Assembly: GCF_001457595.1 (NCBI RefSeq)
Contig: NZ_LN831039.1
Coordinates: forward strand, 450,001 to 482,000
Length of the DNA stretch: 32,000 nt
Source of the DNA: Mycolicibacterium smegmatis
GTDB taxonomy: Bacteria > Actinomycetota > Actinomycetes > Mycobacteriales > Mycobacteriaceae
Direction: 5' to 3'
Shown here: piece by piece, positions 29,445 to 32,000 of the stretch
Numbering within the stretch: the first letter of the stretch is position 1
How the letters are laid out: every line of letters starts with the position of its first letter
Program-made: the position numbers and the translations under genes
Notes under the pieces: generated by a model
Told to the model about the DNA's origin: nothing
Database searches by the model: none
What the model saw: only the letters and a program-made list of their open reading frames with translations

Positions 29445-32000
29445 ATGCAGTCAACGAGAAACGTCGTCGTCGTCGGCCACGGCATGGTGGGGCACCGCTT
29501 CGTCGAGGCGTTGCGCGCCAGGGATACCGAGGGGTCCTGGCGTGTGACGGTGCTGGGCGAGGAGCGCGAGGCCGCCTACGACCGCGTGGGGCTCACCGGG
29601 TACACCGAGCATTGGGACCGGTCCCTGCTCGCGTTACCCGGCAACGAGTACGCCGGCGACGACCTCGTGGAGCTGCATCTGGGGTCCGCGGTGGTCGAGA
29701 TCGACCGGCCGGCCCGGACGGTTCGCACGGCCGACGGCTGCACCTTCTCCTACGACGCGCTGGTGCTGGCGACCGGTTCGTATGCGTTCGTCCCGCCGGT
29801 GCCGGGGCGCGACCTGCCGGGGTGCCACGTGTACCGCACCCTGGACGATCTCGACGCGATCCGCGCCAGCGCGGCCAACGCCTCGAAGTCGAAGTCACCG
29901 GTCGGTGTGGTGATCGGCGGCGGTCTGCTCGGCCTGGAGGCGGCGAACGCGCTACGACAGTTCGGCCTGCGCACGCACGTCCTGGAGATGTCTCCACATC
30001 TGATGGCGGCCCAGCTCGACGAGGCCGGCGGTGTGCTGCTCAACCGGATGATGCGCGACCTCGGTATCGAGGTGCACACCGCGGTGAGCACCCAGAGCAT
30101 CGCACCGGCGCAGAAGCGCAAGCCACTGCGCAGGTCCGAGATCGACGACTCGCTGCGGGTATCGCTCGACGACGGCACCGCGATCGACGCGGGCGTGGTG
30201 ATCTTCGCCGCCGGCGTGCGTCCTCGCGACGAACTGGCCCGCGAGGCCGGCCTGGACATGGCGCAGCGTGGCGGCGTGCTCACCGATTCGAATTGTGTGA
30301 CAAGTGATCCCAACATCTATGCGATCGGCGAGGTGGCCGCCGTCGATGGTCGCTGCTACGGCCTGGTGGCACCGGGTTACACCACGGCCGAGGTGGTCGC
30401 CGACCGCCTGCTCGGCGGCTCGGCCGAGTTCCCCGGCGCGGACATGTCGACCAAGCTCAAGCTGCTCGGTGTCGACGTCGCGAGTTTCGGTGATGCCAAG
30501 GGGATCACACCGAACTGCCTTGAGGTGGTGGTCAACGACCCGGTCAAGCAGACCTACGCCAAACTGGTGCTCTCCGATGACGCCAAGACCCTGCTGGGCG
30601 GCATCCTGGTCGGTGACGCCTCGGCCTACGGCGTGCTGCGGCCCATGGTCGCCAGTGAGCTGCCCGGTGACCCGCTGGCGCTGATCGCCCCGACCACCGG
30701 CGGCGACGCTCCCGGCCTCGGTGTGGGGGCGCTGCCGGACATCGCACAGATCTGCTCGTGCAACAACGTCACGAAGGGGGACCTGACCGAGGCCATCGCC
30801 GGCGGATGCTGCGATGTCGCCGACCTCAAGAAGTGCACGCTGGCCGGTACGTCGTGCGGGTCCTGTGTTCCGCTGCTCAAGCAACTCCTCGAGGCCCAGG
30901 GGGTGGAGCAGTCCAAGGCGCTGTGCGAGCACTTCAGCCAGTCACGCGCCGAGTTGTTCGAGATCATCTCGGCCACCGAGATCCGCACCTTCTCGGGGCT
31001 GATCGAGCGCTTCGGCACCGGAAAAGGTTGCGACATCTGCAAACCCACGATCGCGTCGATCCTGGCATCGACGAGTTCGGACCACATCCTCGACGGTGAG
31101 CAGGCCGCGCTGCAGGACAGCAACGACCACTTCCTGGCCAACATCCAACGCAACGGCAGCTACTCGGTGGTGCCCCGCGTGCCCGGCGGAGACATCACGC
31201 CCGAACAGCTGATCCTGATCGGCGAGATCGCAAGGGATTTCGGCCTCTACACCAAGATCACCGGCGGCCAGCGCATCGACATGTTCGGCGCGCGGGTCGA
31301 GCAGTTGCCCGAGATCTGGCGACGACTGGTCGAAGGCGGCATGGAGTCCGGCCATGCCTACGGCAAATCGCTGCGCACTGTGAAGAGTTGCGTGGGGAGT
31401 GACTGGTGCCGCTACGGACAACAGGATTCGGTCCAGATGGCCATCAACCTCGAGTTGCGGTACCGCGGTCTGCGCGCACCGCACAAGATCAAGATGGGTG
31501 TTTCGGGTTGTGCACGCGAGTGTGCCGAGGCCCGTGGCAAGGACGTCGGCGTCATCGCGACCGACAGTGGGTGGAACCTCTACGTCGGCGGCAACGGCGG
31601 CATGACGCCGCGGCATGCGCAACTGCTGGCGGGCGATCTCGACGACGAGACCCTGATCCGCTACATCGACCGGTTCCTCATGTTTTACATCCGCACGGCG
31701 GACCGGTTGCAACGCACGGCGCCGTGGGTCGAGGCCCTCGACGGCGGCATCGATCACCTCCGCGATGTCGTGTGCGACGATTCGCTCGGCCTGGCCGAGG
31801 AGTTCGAGGCCGCGATGGCCCGCCACGTCGAGGGTTACGCCTGCGAGTGGAAAGGCGTGCTGCAAGACCCTGACAAGCTCGCGCGTTTCGTCTCGTTCGT
31901 CAATGCGCCCGACACCCCCGATCCGACCGTCTCGTTCACCGAGCGCAGCGGACGCAAGGTTCCCGACCTGCGTCCGGTATCCATCGGAATGCCCACGATC
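29445..32000 (+). CDS. nirB: Nitrite reductase [NAD(P)H] large subunit (3' end off window)
   Basis: MQSTRNVVVVGHGMVGHRFVEALRARD... (FAD domain); CSCNNVTKGDL...CGSCVPLL (BFD-like [2Fe-2S]); CVGSDWCRYG and MGVSGCARECAEA (siroheme/4Fe-4S ligands). Open to the window end, so absent from the ORF track. Confidence 0.95.
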   Translation, partial: MQSTRNVVVVGHGMVGHRFVEALRARDTEGSWRVTVLGEEREAAYDRVGLTGYTEHWDRSLLALPGNEYAGDDLVELHLGSAVVEIDRPARTVRTADGCTFSYDALVLATGSYAFVPPVPGRDLPGCHVYRTLDDLDAIRASAANASKSKSPVGVVIGGGLLGLEAANALRQFGLRTHVLEMSPHLMAAQLDEAGGVLLNRMMRDLGIEVHTAVSTQSIAPAQKRKPLRRSEIDDSLRVSLDDGTAIDAGVVIFAAGVRPRDELAREAGLDMAQRGGVLTDSNCVTSDPNIYAIGEVAAVDGRCYGLVAPGYTTAEVVADRLLGGSAEFPGADMSTKLKLLGVDVASFGDAKGITPNCLEVVVNDPVKQTYAKLVLSDDAKTLLGGILVGDASAYGVLRPMVASELPGDPLALIAPTTGGDAPGLGVGALPDIAQICSCNNVTKGDLTEAIAGGCCDVADLKKCTLAGTSCGSCVPLLKQLLEAQGVEQSKALCEHFSQSRAELFEIISATEIRTFSGLIERFGTGKGCDICKPTIASILASTSSDHILDGEQAALQDSNDHFLANIQRNGSYSVVPRVPGGDITPEQLILIGEIARDFGLYTKITGGQRIDMFGARVEQLPEIWRRLVEGGMESGHAYGKSLRTVKSCVGSDWCRYGQQDSVQMAINLELRYRGLRAPHKIKMGVSGCARECAEARGKDVGVIATDSGWNLYVGGNGGMTPRHAQLLAGDLDDETLIRYIDRFLMFYIRTADRLQRTAPWVEALDGGIDHLRDVVCDDSLGLAEEFEAAMARHVEGYACEWKGVLQDPDKLARFVSFVNAPDTPDPTVSFTERSGRKVPDLRPVSIGMPTI

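Overview
This looks like a Mycobacterium/Mycolicibacterium chromosomal segment, most like M. smegmatis by gene content and order (recalled, not searched). Left half: a trehalose polyphleate (TPP)-type lipid locus. It has a bimodular type I PKS on the minus strand (truncated at the left edge), divergent from papA3 - mmpL10 - fadD23 - a PE-PPE-domain serine hydrolase, plus a convergent GAP-family membrane protein. Middle: a 2OG-Fe(II) oxygenase, a flavin reductase-like protein, a 53-aa ORF, and a minus-strand Sdh1-type succinate dehydrogenase cluster. Right half: a PEP mutase/ICL-family protein, a small secreted protein, an Hsp20, an EamA-type transporter divergent from a MocR-type regulator, and nirB (truncated at the right edge). 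The supplied ORF track omits the PKS and nirB because both run off the window; I read them directly. No tRNA/rRNA, CRISPR array or transposon was seen. I found no clearly novel defence or mobile system. The observations most worth checking are: PKS domain logic that matches phleic acid unsaturation periodicity; a probable CTG start for fadD23; an EamA/MocR pair whose start codons overlap within CATG; a HAIR-like box overlapping a SigH/SigE-type promoter at hsp20; a predicted leaderless nirB; and a Cys/His-rich Sdh membrane subunit.
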